From the NCBI GenBank assembly GCA_039190745.1, contig JBCCXZ010000057.1:1-26573 (forward strand): DNA of 26,573 nt, read 5' to 3'. Numbering within the stretch: the first letter of the stretch is position 1; each line of letters opens with the position of its first letter. Position numbers and translations under genes: made by a program. Under the pieces are notes generated by a model. The model was not told where the DNA came from, did not search any database, and worked only from the letters and a program-made list of their open reading frames with translations. The DNA comes from Planctomycetota bacterium. Its GTDB lineage: Bacteria; Planctomycetota; Planctomycetia; Pirellulales; Lacipirellulaceae. This document shows positions 25,393-26,573 of this stretch, in pieces.

Positions 25393-26573
25393 ATGCCCAG
25401 TTGCGTGCTTGCTTACTCGGGAGGTTTGGATACCTCGGTCATCCTCGGTTGGCTCCAAGACGAGGGCTACGACGTGCATGCCGTGTACGTCGACCTCGGC
25501 CAGCCCTGCGAAGACCGCGAGGCGATCTTGCAGAAGGGGCGTGACCACGGAGCCGTAACCGCCCAGATCATCGACGCTCGCGAGGACCTCTGCCGCGAGT
25601 ACGCCTTCCCCGTCATGCAGTGGCAGGCGAAATACGAGGGCATCTACCTGCTCGGCACTTCGATCGCCCGGCCGCTGATCTCCAAGGCCTGCCTCCAAGT
25701 CGCCCGCGAAGTCGGCGCCGAGGCCTACGCCCACGGGGCGACCGGCAAGGGCAACGACCAGTGCCGGTTCCAACTGGCCGCCGAGGCGCTCGACCCCAAC
25801 GTGAAGATCATCGCCCCCTGGCGGATCGAGAAATTCCGCCAACTGTTCCCCGGCCGGACGGAGATGATCGATTACTGCGACGCCAAGAAAATCCCCGTGA
25901 AGGCTTCCGCCGAGAAGCCGTACAGCTCCGACGAGAACTGCCTGCACATCAGCTACGAGGCCGGCCAGCTCGAAGACCCCAATATCGACGGGGCGCCGAT
26001 CATCGACTTCGGCATGACCGTCTCGCCGCAAGAGGCGCCGGACAAGGTCGAGCAGGTGACGATCGCCTTCGAGAGCGGCGTGCCCGTCGCTGTCGACGGC
26101 GAGAAGCTCAGCCCGCTGGCGATGGTCGAGCGGATGAACGAAGTCGCCGGCCGCAACGGCGTCGGCCGCATCGACATCGTCGAGAACCGTTTCGTCGGCA
26201 TGAAGAGCAGGGGGGTCTACGAGGCCCCCGGCATTACGGCCCTCTACGCCGCCCACCTGGCGCTCGAGCAACTCACGCTCGACCGCGACCTGGTACACCT
26301 GCGAGACCGGCTCAGCCCCGAGGTGGCCGAGATGGTCTACTACGGCTTCTGGTTCGTGCCGAAGATGGACGCCCTGCTGGCCTTCATCCGCGAGGCCCAA
26401 GAGCCGGTAACCGGCGAGGTAACACTCGGGCTCTACAAGGGCAACGTCATGATCCAAGGCCGCACCAGCCCGAACAGCCTGTACGACGCCGAGATCGCTA
26501 GCATGGAGGGCGGCGGCAGCTACGACCAGACCGACGCCGAGGGCTTCCTCCGCCTGCACGGCCTGCCGAGCCG
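25393..26573 (+). CDS. argG: Argininosuccinate synthase, 3' end truncated by the window (absent from the ORF track)
   Basis: Manual translation from ATG 25393: MPSCVLAYSGGLDTSVILGWL..YEGIYLLGTSIARPLI..HGATGKGNDQCRF..YSSDENCLHISYEAG..GRIDIVENRFVGMKSRGVYEAPG; I saw no stop before the window end. Confidence 0.97.
   Translation, partial: MPSCVLAYSGGLDTSVILGWLQDEGYDVHAVYVDLGQPCEDREAILQKGRDHGAVTAQIIDAREDLCREYAFPVMQWQAKYEGIYLLGTSIARPLISKACLQVAREVGAEAYAHGATGKGNDQCRFQLAAEALDPNVKIIAPWRIEKFRQLFPGRTEMIDYCDAKKIPVKASAEKPYSSDENCLHISYEAGQLEDPNIDGAPIIDFGMTVSPQEAPDKVEQVTIAFESGVPVAVDGEKLSPLAMVERMNEVAGRNGVGRIDIVENRFVGMKSRGVYEAPGITALYAAHLALEQLTLDRDLVHLRDRLSPEVAEMVYYGFWFVPKMDALLAFIREAQEPVTGEVTLGLYKGNVMIQGRTSPNSLYDAEIASMEGGGSYDQTDAEGFLRLHGLPS

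Noticed and set aside
25147..26559. 470-aa minus ORF and 293-aa plus ORF 25620..26501
   Set aside because: The real gene is argG from ATG 25393 in another frame, missed by the ORF track because it has no stop in the window.
1..26573. CRISPR array, IS/transposase, prophage, retron/DGR or defence genes
   Set aside because: No regularly spaced repeats and no transposase, integrase, reverse transcriptase or nuclease motifs seen.

Overview
GC-rich bacterial chromosomal window. Gene content points to a planctomycete (Pirellulales/Lacipirellulaceae-like; inferred from PEP-CTERM/dockerin proteins, sulfatase, DUF1080, prepilin-like protein and FHA-GAF-PP2C). In order: a 119-bp inverted duplication at the left edge (probably an artefact); an LpxH-like metallophosphoesterase and a lysophospholipid acyltransferase; three PEP-CTERM genes (a TIGR03790-family/dockerin protein and two paralogous small surface proteins); an exported CX5R phosphatase/sulfurtransferase-like domain fused to a C-terminal CXXCH haem domain; tRNA-Gln(CTG); FHA-GAF-SpoIIE phosphatase; BON protein; PmoA-family (DUF6807-like) protein; two tandem paralogous secreted hypotheticals; sulfatase; thioredoxin-like protein; flhA-flhF-flhG-small membrane protein-fliA; a lone large prepilin-type protein with heptamer repeats in its leader; a small hypothetical; a tandem DUF1080 protein; an inverted-repeat-bounded intergenic element; and argG, truncated by the window end. 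The strongest leads are a gingipain/PorU-like His...Ser motif pattern in the TIGR03790 protein, the CX5R-cytochrome c fusion, a FlhG that lost both Walker A lysines but kept its FlhF-activator motif, and the uncharacterised secreted paralogue pair. All family assignments come from motif recognition by eye, not database searches.
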